Both the position numbers and the translations under genes were made by a program. 64,000 nt of DNA from Gammaproteobacteria bacterium (GTDB lineage: Bacteria > Pseudomonadota > Gammaproteobacteria > Ga0077536), in contig CAXXLL010000002.1 in assembly GCA_963662545.2 (NCBI GenBank), forward strand, positions 2,272,001 to 2,336,000, in the 5' to 3' direction. Position 1 is the first letter of the stretch. Every line of letters starts with the position of its first letter. Below the pieces are notes generated by a model that saw nothing but the letters and a program-made list of their open reading frames with translations, did no database searches and was not told the origin of the DNA. Of this stretch, positions 1 to 10,021 are shown piece after piece.

Positions 1-657
1 TCTACGGTACGTCGCTGGCTAGTTAATTTGGGATTCGGCTGGCGTCGTGCTCGTCCGACCTTACATCTGCGCGACCCACGGGCAGCCACGCGCCTGAAAG
101 CCATTCATCGTGCGTTGTCTCGAGCCCCATCGGGGCATGAAGTGTTTTACGCCGATGAGGTCGATATCGACCTCAATCCCAAAATCGGTTTCCTTTGGTC
201 TACTCAAGGTTGTCAACGTGCCATCCCCACGCCTGGGCAAAACCGGAAACGCTATCTGGCGGGCGCGCTGCACGCACGAACCGGTCGCGTTGCGTATGTC
301 GAGGGCACACGGAAAAACAGCGACCTATTCCTTTGCCTGCTCGACCACCTGCGGCAAACTTACCGCGCCGCGCGTCGAATTATCTTGATCGTGGATAACT
401 ACATCATCCACAAATGTCGCTTGGCACACGTCTGGCTAAAGCACAATCCGAAATTCCGATTGCTGTTCCAGCCGGCCTATCAGCCCTGGGTCAATGACAT
501 TGAGAAACTCTGGAAACAGTTGCACGACAATGTCACCCGGAATCATCGTTACTCGACCATCGACCGTCTGATGGACGCAGTACGTGCCTTCATGCGTGCG
601 GCAAGTCCATTCCCGGGAAACTGCCCGAGTGTCGCAAGATTTGGATCACCTATTTAG
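1..657 (+). CDS. IS630-family transposase, C-terminal part (5' end outside window)
   Basis: DDE motifs YADEVD, IVDNYIIHK and QPWVNDIEKLW are typical of IS630/Tc1. The frame is open from the window start. Confidence 0.93.
   Translation, partial: STVRRWLVNLGFGWRRARPTLHLRDPRAATRLKAIHRALSRAPSGHEVFYADEVDIDLNPKIGFLWSTQGCQRAIPTPGQNRKRYLAGALHARTGRVAYVEGTRKNSDLFLCLLDHLRQTYRAARRIILIVDNYIIHKCRLAHVWLKHNPKFRLLFQPAYQPWVNDIEKLWKQLHDNVTRNHRYSTIDRLMDAVRAFMRAASPFPGNCPSVARFGSPI
1..657 (+). mobile_element. IS630-family insertion sequence, right part
   Basis: Transposase stop lies in an IS630-like right end (GATCACCTATTTAG) that abuts an interrupted host gene at a TA. Confidence 0.85.
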
Positions 658-868
658 TTACCGTGGAGCGAACAAAATCGGAAGGAATCTCCTGCTGTTC
701 GATCAGTATTACTGCCTCGCTTCGATATACCGCGGGCAGCAGCAGCGCGAGCAGCAAGCTGACCATGAGTATCGTCACGCTAACCGATAACAACAGCTGA
801 CGGCGACGGCTCAAAGCCGAAAGATAGTCACGGAGTTGAATACTTGGAATCTGCGTTTCGCTCGTCAT
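658..868 (-). pseudogene. 5' fragment of polysaccharide chain-length determinant (Wzc/GumC-like), interrupted by IS630
   Basis: LRDYLSALSRRR, a TM helix, then LPAVYRSEAVILIEQQEIPSDFVRSTVT is a Wzz/GumC N-terminus. The frame runs into the IS end after about 70 codons. Confidence 0.85.
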
Positions 869-1061
869 TTCAAATTGGTTCGCTTGAAATTATCTGAAGC
901 AGGCAATTTGGTCCATACGGCCAAGGATCATGTCGGTCGCGAAATCTGTTGAGGCGGCAATGCTGTTCGGATTCAGGAATCTCCGGTCGCGCTGGACGAA
1001 ATATCAATGCGCTTAGGATACATTGTGCTATGCAGCACAGAATAGCATAACTTAATGAAAT

Positions 1062-2282
1062 TTAACGAAAGTAAGGGATTGGATCGCCGTCGTAGCGAAA
1101 CTCAAATGTCACTCGATTGCTGGTCGCGACCATCCTTGAATCGAGGCGTTCGCGAAATAGGAACCGATAGGCCAATGAAAGACTCGTATTTTTCGTCACT
1201 TTGTACTTTAAAGAAGAACGTACGGCAATCCGATTCAAGGCACGTAATGACACACCCCCGGCCGTTTCCTGTTGCTGCTCATTGAATTCGAATCCGAGGC
1301 GCCCGATCCATCGGTCACTAAATTCGTACTTACCATGCGCCGCCACAGTTTGGCGCTTCTGCCGGGAACCCAGACTCGATGGCATAACCAAGCGGTTCCA
1401 TTCAATAGTCAATTCGCTACGCAAGAACTGTTTCTCGACTAGTGTATTCACGATCTGGCCGCTCGTGCGGCTTTCCTGCGTCAAACGTATGTTTCCGAAC
1501 TGGAGCGGAATGAGGGATAAGATAATCGGCTGAGTGCTATGGACCACGGTACGGCCGATGTTCTGTCCGACCAAGATCTGTGCTCGCAAGGTCTCCGAGA
1601 ATGAATGATCGAAACCGAACTGGAAAGTGTAGCTTGTAGTCGTACTGTTAATGTCAGGTGTATCGAAAACCGAGAGCGACGAATTTCCGAGAATCACTGT
1701 CTTCTCACTCACTCCATAGCGAAGATTAAGACCGGCATTCGAATTACGATAATCAACAAGATTCGATTGACCACCCTGATCAAAAGACACGTCGAACATT
1801 CCCCCGAATGCGGTCACGCTGAAGCGATCGGTCACGCTATGAACCCAGCTCGAATTGAACGCGATAGTCGTACGCGGTACCGCCGAGTCGATCTGTCCTA
1901 AATCGGTCAATTCAGTCGTCGCAGATGATGCTCGCGAGAACTCGAATGCGAAAAAAACCTGATTCCGTTCGAAGTTTTTAAGCGCAGACAAATCGACGAA
2001 ATAGTCTTCCGCATCCAGCTCTTTCTGACTGCTGCCGCGTGTCAACCTGAATTTCGGATTAAGATCTATTGCGTAAGTGGGCTTTCTATAAGTCGTATCT
2101 ATTTCGATTTTGGTGACGGATGCCCAAAGCCCGCTGCCATCCTCTGCTCGAACTCGGCGATTATCGTCGATGAAAAAAGATGGCGCGAACGACGGCGTCA
2201 CGTGCAACTCGCCGAACGCGGACACACTTATCAGTGCAAGCGCCTCCGTAGTGGCGAATCGACCTGCGGCGAATTCGCGCAT
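1062..2282 (-). CDS. Outer-membrane beta-barrel protein, EPS-export associated
   Basis: 406 aa, signal-like N-terminus, amphipathic beta strands, terminal FEFRY. Lies between wza-like and wzc-like genes. Confidence 0.7.
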   Translation of the reverse strand: MREFAAGRFATTEALALISVSAFGELHVTPSFAPSFFIDDNRRVRAEDGSGLWASVTKIEIDTTYRKPTYAIDLNPKFRLTRGSSQKELDAEDYFVDLSALKNFERNQVFFAFEFSRASSATTELTDLGQIDSAVPRTTIAFNSSWVHSVTDRFSVTAFGGMFDVSFDQGGQSNLVDYRNSNAGLNLRYGVSEKTVILGNSSLSVFDTPDINSTTTSYTFQFGFDHSFSETLRAQILVGQNIGRTVVHSTQPIILSLIPLQFGNIRLTQESRTSGQIVNTLVEKQFLRSELTIEWNRLVMPSSLGSRQKRQTVAAHGKYEFSDRWIGRLGFEFNEQQQETAGGVSLRALNRIAVRSSLKYKVTKNTSLSLAYRFLFRERLDSRMVATSNRVTFEFRYDGDPIPYFR

Positions 2283-2337
2283 TCCCGCACTATTGTGGGT
2301 AAGTGCCAGAGCGTGCGCCGACCGTATTTATTCGCGC

Positions 2338-2910
2338 TCAGGGCACGACGATGACGTCGCCCGGCTGGAGCATTATGTTCTGATCCAGGTTACGTCCATA
2401 TTGAACGTCGCCATATTTAAAGCTCAAGGACTGCTGATCCTGCCCCTTGCGCCTCAATATCGAGATTTTGTTCTCTTCGGCGAATACGGCCAAGCCCCCA
2501 GCGAGCGCAAGCGCCTGCGTAACGTCCAAGGGTCGTTGCATAACATATACACCCGGCCGATTAACCTTACCGAGCACGTAAATAGTATTCCCTTCATTCT
2601 GGAGCAGTTGGACAGTAACTACCGGGTCGGGAATATACTCCTCGATTCGCGTGGCGATTTCCGCTTGAACCGCCCCAACGGTGCGACCCGCTACTGCCAA
2701 ATCGCCGACAAGGGGAAAAGAGATTCCACCGTCGGGACGCACCAGCAGATCCTGTTGTAAATCCAGTTCCTTCCATACTGAGACTCTCAGTACATCGCCG
2801 GGTTGTATGCGATACGCCGTATCGTTTCCATCGGCGAGCGCAATCGAACAACTCGCGCACGCGACCGAAAGTGCCGCGATCGCATTGATCCGGAATCTAG
2901 AACACGTCAT
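2338..2910 (-). CDS. Polysaccharide biosynthesis/export protein (Wza/EpsE family)
   Basis: YRIQPGDVLRVSVW..VRPDGGISFPLVG Poly_export motif plus SLBB domain (LQPGDVIVVP). Start could be 2964. Confidence 0.9.
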   Translation of the reverse strand: MTCSRFRINAIAALSVACASCSIALADGNDTAYRIQPGDVLRVSVWKELDLQQDLLVRPDGGISFPLVGDLAVAGRTVGAVQAEIATRIEEYIPDPVVTVQLLQNEGNTIYVLGKVNRPGVYVMQRPLDVTQALALAGGLAVFAEENKISILRRKGQDQQSLSFKYGDVQYGRNLDQNIMLQPGDVIVVP

Positions 2911-2985
2911 TTGAATATCCAATATGGCAATGAGTGATAGCTGGCGCGCAAGATCGCATGTCAAAAGGAAGTCAGGTAGCGGCTA

Positions 2986-4443
2986 TCAAACACGGTCGTA
3001 TTTGTCCTCGAAACGAACAATGTCATCCTCCCCTAGATAAGATCCCGACTGCACCTCAATCATCTCCAGCAAAATCGGTCCGCGATTTTCGAGCCGATGC
3101 TTTTCCCCGATAGGAATGTAAATTGATTCGTTCTCCGAGAGCAGAAACGTCTCATCGCCCCGCGTAACCGTCGCGGTCCCCGCAACTACGATCCAGTGCT
3201 CTGCGCGGTGACGGTGCAATTGCAGTGAAAGCGCGGCACCCGAATTAACGGTGATACGCTTGACCTGGAATCGCGGCCCCGCATCGATATTCTCATAGCT
3301 GCCCCAAGGCCGGTACACCCTTCGATGAGTCAGCTGCTCCACGCGATTCTGTCGAGAAAGCCAGTCGACGATACTTTTCACGTCCTGGGTACGGGTTTTG
3401 TCGGCCACCATTACTGAATCCGCGGTCTCCACCACCACCAAATTCTCGCAACCGATCGTCGCGACCAATCGGTGCTCGGCAAAGACGAGACTATCCTTAG
3501 AGTCAATTACGCAGACATCACCACGGATCACGTTGCCGTTAACATCCTTGGCTGACACGTCCCAAAGACTCGACCACGAGCCGACGTCGGTCCAGCCGAC
3601 GTCGAGCACGACCACCGCGGCATTCCCACCCGCCGCAGCCAGCGGCTCCATGACAGCATAGTCGATGGAATCGCTCGGGCAATTGGCAAATGCCTCCACT
3701 TCGAGTCTGAAGAACTCTCCGTCTTCGCGCGCCGCGTCGGTAGCGGCACTCGCGTAACGCGCAATGTCGGGGCAGTAATGTTCGGCTTGCGCCAGCCACA
3801 CTGACGCTTTCATCGCGAAGATCCCGCCATTCCAGAGGTAGCCGCCCGCGTTTAGGTAGCTTTGCGCGGTGGCTTCGTCCGGTTTCTCCCGAAAACTGCG
3901 CAGCGCGTAAACGGCCGCACCGTCACCGGATTCCAGAGCATCTCCGACCTCGATGTAACCGTAGCCCACCTCCGCATGTGTCGGGACCACGCCGAACATT
4001 ACAATGCGCCCAGCGATGGCCTCTGCGAGCGCGGCGCGGGCTGTGATATTGAACGCGGCGCGGTCTTTGATCAGATGATCCGCCGGCATCATCAACAGCA
4101 CGGGATCCTCGCCCTGCCGCACCGCGCGCCGCGCCGCGGAGGTCAGTGCGGGCGCAGTATTGCGGCCCTCGGGTTCGAGCATTATGGTCGCAGGCAGGCA
4201 GCCAACCTGCCGGGCCTGCTCGGCGACCAGAAAGCGATGCTCTTCGTTGCAGACCACAACCGGCGCCTCGACCCGCATATCTCCGGTATCCTCGAGCCGC
4301 GTAAGGGTTTGTTGCAGCAGCGACTCATTGCCACCCAATGCGAGGAACTGCTTCGGGTAGTACCCGCGGGATAGCGGCCACAAACGCGTGCCGCCACCGC
4401 CCGCGAGAACCACGGGCCAGATCGCGATCGTGGGATGATTCAT
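2986..4443 (-). CDS. manC: Mannose-1-phosphate guanylyltransferase / mannose-6-phosphate isomerase
   Basis: VVLAGGGGTRLWPLSR..PKQF, EPEGRNTAPA, SIDYAVME and C-terminal cupin RPWGSY..HRAEHW. Confidence 0.95.
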   Translation of the reverse strand: MNHPTIAIWPVVLAGGGGTRLWPLSRGYYPKQFLALGGNESLLQQTLTRLEDTGDMRVEAPVVVCNEEHRFLVAEQARQVGCLPATIMLEPEGRNTAPALTSAARRAVRQGEDPVLLMMPADHLIKDRAAFNITARAALAEAIAGRIVMFGVVPTHAEVGYGYIEVGDALESGDGAAVYALRSFREKPDEATAQSYLNAGGYLWNGGIFAMKASVWLAQAEHYCPDIARYASAATDAAREDGEFFRLEVEAFANCPSDSIDYAVMEPLAAAGGNAAVVVLDVGWTDVGSWSSLWDVSAKDVNGNVIRGDVCVIDSKDSLVFAEHRLVATIGCENLVVVETADSVMVADKTRTQDVKSIVDWLSRQNRVEQLTHRRVYRPWGSYENIDAGPRFQVKRITVNSGAALSLQLHRHRAEHWIVVAGTATVTRGDETFLLSENESIYIPIGEKHRLENRGPILLEMIEVQSGSYLGEDDIVRFEDKYDRV

Positions 4444-5117
4444 CGCCTGAATTCCTACTCGATTCGGGACACTGACATTACTATGGCTGCCAGATCAACT
4501 CTGGCATGTCCCGTAACCTGGCCATGTCACTGATATGCTATCAGCCTGCTATTCCGTTAGATATGTGTCCCCCTCTTGAGGGATCTTCGGGGAACTATGG
4601 TGTTTCTAAATTTCATACCTGGATATCTCGTTGGATTTTATTAAAGGTGTTTCTAATTCTTTACGGGTCGTCCTGAACCCGCGATGGCGTAAACGATTTC
4701 CAATAAGGCGAACGAACTGCGGACCAAGACATCGCCCGTTATCGACGAACGTTGGCGTCACATTTACTGATCTTAGCCGCGCAAAGATCGATACGGTCAT
4801 CGTCTCATATCCCGGTCGCCACACGATGATTAGGGAGCTAATTAACAGGCAGTGAAACCGTAGAACTTCTATAAAACGCGCCAGCCGGCATCGCACAGTT
4901 GAAAGCGGCCATTAGACGAGCACGAAAATTTGAAAACCAGTCTATCAAGCAAGCCCCTATCATGGATTTTTTGGCATCCCCACCAGCGATTATGGAATTG
5001 GACATTAGTTGAAGCTATACGAAGCGTAGTACCAATCTCGCCAATCAATAAATTACTTGTCAGATTAGTAGTCTTAATCGATTCCGCTCTTCTTGTTATT
5101 CACGCCTTATTACTTGT

Positions 5118-6820
5118 CTAGTGTGCATCCCTAAACGCGATGCGGTTGAAATAAAAAGGAAAATTTGTCGCTTAAGGGATCGAAACCTCCGGTAGGTCGT
5201 GATCTAATGGAACTTCAAACCTCTGATTTTCCACACAATCATCGACACCACAGGAGGGGGAATGCGTCAGAAACGCACGGCCCAAGCGAGTATATACGAG
5301 CTGTTTGCTGACCATGACCTGGGGCGAGAGCTGCAGGGCATGTCCGAGTGGCTCGATGCTCACCCCAAGGTCCTCACGCCGGTCATGAACGATCTGTGTC
5401 GGCGGGGTTTGAAGCCCACCGGTCGACGCGGACTGTCGGCGGAGTCGGTGCTGCGCTGCGCGGTGCTCAAGCAGCACCGGCAATTGAGTTACGAGGAGCT
5501 GGCCTTTCACCTGCAGGACTCGGCGAGCTTTCAGGCCTTCGCCCGGTTGCCGGGTAATGAACGTCCGAAGAAGTCTGCCTTACAGCGGGTGGTCTCGGCG
5601 ATCCAGGTATCGACGTGGGAGTCTATTCATCGCGCCCTGCTGGCGACGGCGAAAGAGACGCGCATTGAGCCGGCACAGCGTGTACGGATTGATAGCACGG
5701 TAACGGACAGTGCCATCCACGCGCCGAGCGACAGTCATCTGCTGTGGGATGGCGTGCGTGTTGTGGTTCGTCTGCTCGCACAGGCGCGCGAGTTGCCTGG
5801 CGCGCCGGAGTTGTGCTTCGTGAACCACACTCGATTGGCGAAGAAGCGTGCGCGGGCGCTGTGGTATGCGCGTGGTGCGAAGCAACGCCAACGTCTGTAT
5901 CGCGATTTGATTGGGGCGACGCGTTCAACCTTGGAAGCGGTAGCGAGGGTACGTGAGCAGCTGCTGAGCCCGGGCGTCACCGGCGTTGAACTGCCGGACT
6001 GGCTAGCGCAGGTAGCGCACTACGAAACACTTGTTCTGCAGGTGATTTCGCAAACTGAGCGGCGGGTGTTCGGCGGTGAGAAGGTCCCCGCGAGCGAGAA
6101 GTGCGTGAGCTTGTTCGAGCCGCATACCGACATCATCATAAAGGGTGCGCGCGACGTTCAGTACGGACACAAAATCAATCTGGCTTCGGGGCGCAGTGGC
6201 CTCATCCTCGACGTGGTCATCGAGCGAGGCAATCCGGTCGATAGTCAGCGCTTCATGCCGATGCTCGAACGGCATCGAACACACTACGGGACGATGCCAC
6301 GACAGGTCGCCGCCGATGGCGGCTATGCGAGCCTCGACAATCTCCGGGCGGCGAAAGCAGAAGGCATCGAAGACGTTGCCTTCCACAAGAAGCGCGGGCT
6401 CGCGATCGCCGACATGGTCAAGAGTCAGTGGGTCTATCGACGCTTGCGCAACTTCCGCGCCGGCATCGAGGCCGGTATCTCCTGCCTGAAGCGTGCATAC
6501 GGATTGGCACGTTGCACCTGGAAGAGCCTGCCGCACTTCGAAGCCTACGTGTGGTCTTCTGTGGTCGCCTACAACCTCAGCCTGCTCGCGCGCTATCAAC
6601 TCGAATAGCGACGTTCACTCGCACTAACTGACCTCCTCGATATCGTCGAACGGGCGACTTTGGGTTGCAGCGCTCTGCGGCCGGCGAACGTACTCACAAT
6701 TACGCTCGAAGAGCCCTTCGACCCCCACCGAACCGCCGCTACCGCTCCAACAACCTACTTTCAACACCTCGATTTCTCCGTGCCCATCGAAGAAAATGCC
6801 TGTTTATGGACGGACACTAG
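5118..6820 (+). mobile_element. ISNCY-family insertion sequence, copy 1
   Basis: Terminal IRs CTAGTGTGCATCCCTAAAC / GTTTATGGACGGACACTAG (16/19 match). Apparently identical to 52371-54073. Confidence 0.92.
5262..6608 (+). CDS. ISNCY-family (IS4/IS5-like DDE) transposase
   Basis: RIDSTV, AADGGY and RAGIEAGISCLKR motifs. RBS AGGAGG upstream. Confidence 0.92.
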   Translation: MRQKRTAQASIYELFADHDLGRELQGMSEWLDAHPKVLTPVMNDLCRRGLKPTGRRGLSAESVLRCAVLKQHRQLSYEELAFHLQDSASFQAFARLPGNERPKKSALQRVVSAIQVSTWESIHRALLATAKETRIEPAQRVRIDSTVTDSAIHAPSDSHLLWDGVRVVVRLLAQARELPGAPELCFVNHTRLAKKRARALWYARGAKQRQRLYRDLIGATRSTLEAVARVREQLLSPGVTGVELPDWLAQVAHYETLVLQVISQTERRVFGGEKVPASEKCVSLFEPHTDIIIKGARDVQYGHKINLASGRSGLILDVVIERGNPVDSQRFMPMLERHRTHYGTMPRQVAADGGYASLDNLRAAKAEGIEDVAFHKKRGLAIADMVKSQWVYRRLRNFRAGIEAGISCLKRAYGLARCTWKSLPHFEAYVWSSVVAYNLSLLARYQLE

Positions 6821-7842
6821 CTAGACGATCCTCACAGCTAGGTCTCACTAAGGTTTTTGATCGGGCGAAAGTACCGGATGATATTTCGATCCTGTATCTT
6901 GACTTAGGTACTCATAAGGAAGGCGCAGAGTTGTCCCTGGTCGTGGACCGGATTTTACCGAAGATGTCCAAGGCCTTCGAAGCATATGGGTTCGAGGCAA
7001 GCCAAGGTTCATTTGATCAAGTTGATAGGAGATAGGAGATTTTCCGATCGAAACAATGTCGGTATCATTCATGCGGCTCTGTGTCGCGAATTACCCGGCG
7101 ACAGAAAGATCAGACTTTATAGTGATTTAAAAAGCGGAATAGGAGATTCTCTATATAGGCTAACCAACACTTATGAAGAAGTGAGCGCGATGCGGCTTTC
7201 AGATTGGCTTAACGACAAAGAAATTAATCTGGAAACTCAAATCGTTTTATTACGAATGAACATCGAGGGCGCAGAGTACGATGTGATACAAGATCTTGTC
7301 GAGAATAAGCTTGCAATGCATATCGATGGTTATTACGGGATGTGGGACGATGTCTCAAAACTTGATTGGCGGCGAGATGTTTACTTTCGTGACTTCCTTT
7401 CGAAGAATCATATATTTCCATTTACATTTAACGGACGTGATATGAGGTGGAATATTCGAATAAGATGTATCGAATACGACATAAATACTTTTGTTCTTGC
7501 GGGCTTAGAGAAATTGAAACGGAATTCATGCACCGATAGCAAGCCTACCCGGCCCGGAAGATAGCAGGCTCTATGAGAACAGGCGCTAAGGAATTCTCAC
7601 GTAATATGAACTGTTTCATATGCTCGCATCAGGATAGCTTGTCGGATTTCTTGAAGGGCATGGTTGAATTCGGCGTGTGTCTCCCTGATACGTTTTTAAA
7701 GCACTCGGTTAAACGACGGACTCAAATAATATTGGCTTCGTACAAAGTCGCTTAACCCAATTGAACCGCCGAGTGTCCCTGACAAAAGCCGATTCAGGAA
7801 ATCGATAGCACGCGCTTCGCAGCGTGATTTTTAATCCGGCCT

Positions 7843-8931
7843 TCAGTAATCGCCACCTACATCCCTTCCGATGTGCGCGTAAGCGGGAGTTTCACGAATG
7901 ACGGTGCCCTTGCCATCCCACAAGATGAAACGCGCGGCTATTCCGAGGCCTGAGGCAAGGTCCGGACCGCTTTCCGGCCCTAGCACCATCAAGGCCGTCG
8001 CGTAAGCGTCGGCCCACACCGCATCCTCGTGCAGCACAGTCACGGCTGCCAGCCGATGCGTCACCGGCGCACCGGTGCGGGGGTCCAGCGTATGTCCGTA
8101 GCGTTGGCCATCGATCTCACGAAAATTACGGTAATTACCAGACGTGGCGAGCGCCATGTCCGAGAGCGTCAGGACCTCATCCGGTACGATCCGATCTCCG
8201 TCCGGACGTTCGAGTGCGATGCGCCATCCGCTACCGCCGGGATTGTGGCCGCTGAGTTTGATCTCGCCACCGAGCTCGACCATGAAATGCTCGAAGCCGT
8301 CACGTTGGAGTAACGCCGCCAGGCGATCGACGGCGTAGCCTTTCGCGATCGCCGACAAGTCAATGTAGATGTCTCGATGGGCTTTCATGATTGACGGCGG
8401 CTTTGAACGCAGACTCAGAAGTTCGAAGCCCACAACAGCGCGCACTTGCTCGAGCTGTGCGGGCGTCGGTGGGCTGGGCGCAACGTCGTGCGGCCCGAAA
8501 CCCCACAGATTGACCAGCGGACCGACCGTCACGTCGAATGCGCCGCCGCTGTCGCCACGAACGCTGGCTGCAATGGAGAGTACCTCGAAAAGGCCATTAG
8601 ATACCTCGATCCATTGCCCGGCGCCGCTGCGATTGATGATCGAGAGCTCGGATTGCGAATCATAGGTCGACATCGACCGATTGATGCGGCCGAGCTCCTC
8701 GTCGATGCGTATTTTGAGTGAAGCGGCAGCGTCCGGCGTCACGGGTTCGGCGATCTTGACGGTATACGTCGTGCCCATCGTCGGCCCGCGAAGGACGGTC
8801 AAGGCTTCACGTTCGGCACACCCAGCCAGGCACACGCCGAGCACGAACGCGAGTGAAAAAAGCGCACTCGGCAACCGCACCCGGCTTCCAGGGAACTGGT
8901 CCACGGAACTCTCGCAGTTCACGTTAGTCAC
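7843..8931 (-). CDS. apbE: FAD:protein FMN transferase (ApbE lipoprotein)
   Basis: Lipobox LAGC, GPTMGTTY, FDVTVGPL, DLSAIAKGY, ATSGNYRN, ADAYATA. Confidence 0.93.
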   Translation of the reverse strand: MTNVNCESSVDQFPGSRVRLPSALFSLAFVLGVCLAGCAEREALTVLRGPTMGTTYTVKIAEPVTPDAAASLKIRIDEELGRINRSMSTYDSQSELSIINRSGAGQWIEVSNGLFEVLSIAASVRGDSGGAFDVTVGPLVNLWGFGPHDVAPSPPTPAQLEQVRAVVGFELLSLRSKPPSIMKAHRDIYIDLSAIAKGYAVDRLAALLQRDGFEHFMVELGGEIKLSGHNPGGSGWRIALERPDGDRIVPDEVLTLSDMALATSGNYRNFREIDGQRYGHTLDPRTGAPVTHRLAAVTVLHEDAVWADAYATALMVLGPESGPDLASGLGIAARFILWDGKGTVIRETPAYAHIGRDVGGDY

Positions 8932-9010
8932 TCAAGCCATTAGAATTACAGGCCAAAATATATACGGTCGGGGTTTCAGCCGGCTGTTCGAACTTTAGAA
9001 AACGGTATAT

Positions 9011-9991
9011 ATGGACACCGCAACTTCGACCCGCGAGGCCATTTACAGACTGCGCGATTTCGTGAGCCAGCACATTCTCGGCCAGGAACGGCTGGTCGAG
9101 CGGCTGCTGGTGGCGCTGCTGTGCGATGGCCATCTCCTGGTCGAAGGCGCCCCCGGCCTCGCCAAGACCCGCGCGATCAAGGTTTTGGGTGAAGGTATCG
9201 AGGGCGAATTCCATCGGATTCAGTTTACCCCCGATCTCATGCCCGCAGACCTCACGGGGACGGAAATCTATCGCCCGCAGGATGGCTCGTTCGTGTTCCA
9301 GCAAGGTCCGCTGTTTCACAATCTCGTCCTCGCCGATGAGGTCAATCGCGCGCCCGCTAAAGTGCAGTCGGCCCTTCTTGAAGCCATGGGGGAGCGGCAG
9401 ATCACCATCGGGCGCGTTTCCTATCAATTGCCGGAACTGTTCATGGTGATGGCCACACAGAATCCACTGGAGCACGAAGGCACCTACCCGCTACCGGAGG
9501 CGCAACTCGACCGGTTCCTCCTGCACGTCAACATTACCTATCCCGATCACGAGGCAGAAAAGCGGGTGCTGCACCTCGCGCGCGAGGAAGCCGCCAATCC
9601 GGTCGAAGCCGGCGCCGCGCCCACCGCGGTCCTGGACCAGGAACAGGTCTTCGCCGCGCGGCGCGAAGTGCTCGCCACCTTTATGAGCGAAGACGTCGAG
9701 CGCTACTTGATGGAGATCGTTTTCGCGACGCGCTCGCCGGCGCCCTACGGTGACGACCTGGCGAACTGGTTGGAGTACGGCGGCAGCCCGCGCGCTACGA
9801 TCGCACTCGACCGCACGGCACGCGCCCACGCCTGGCTGGCCGGGCAGGATTACGTGAGCCCGGCGGACGTTCAGGACGTCGCGAGCGACGTCTTACGCCA
9901 TCGCGTGATACTGAACTACGAGGCAACAGCGGACGGCGTCACAACCGATCGCTTTGTTAATGAACTCGTTCAGCGCATCGCCGTTCCGTAA
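9011..9991 (+). CDS. moxR: MoxR-family AAA+ ATPase
   Basis: LLVEGAPGLAKT, RIQFTPDLMPAD, ADEVNRAP, ATQNP..EGTYPLPEAQLDRF. Confidence 0.95.
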   Translation: MDTATSTREAIYRLRDFVSQHILGQERLVERLLVALLCDGHLLVEGAPGLAKTRAIKVLGEGIEGEFHRIQFTPDLMPADLTGTEIYRPQDGSFVFQQGPLFHNLVLADEVNRAPAKVQSALLEAMGERQITIGRVSYQLPELFMVMATQNPLEHEGTYPLPEAQLDRFLLHVNITYPDHEAEKRVLHLAREEAANPVEAGAAPTAVLDQEQVFAARREVLATFMSEDVERYLMEIVFATRSPAPYGDDLANWLEYGGSPRATIALDRTARAHAWLAGQDYVSPADVQDVASDVLRHRVILNYEATADGVTTDRFVNELVQRIAVP

Positions 9992-10021
9992 CATCCCGTG
10001 CCAGGCCGGCGGTCGTAAGCT

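Larger units (their letters stand above)
4930..7564 (+). pseudogene. FkbM-family methyltransferase pseudogene (ISNCY insertion plus 7-bp frameshifting duplication)
   Basis: After the IS: LYLDLGTHKEG..AYGFEAS, then IVLLRMNIEGAEYDVIQDL (FkbM-type motifs). GATAGGA is duplicated at 7024-7037. Whether ORF 4930-5121 is the N-terminus is uncertain. Confidence 0.7.

Noticed and set aside
7573-7755. 60-aa ORF after the FkbM pseudogene
   Set aside because: No RBS or motif, so it cannot be supported.
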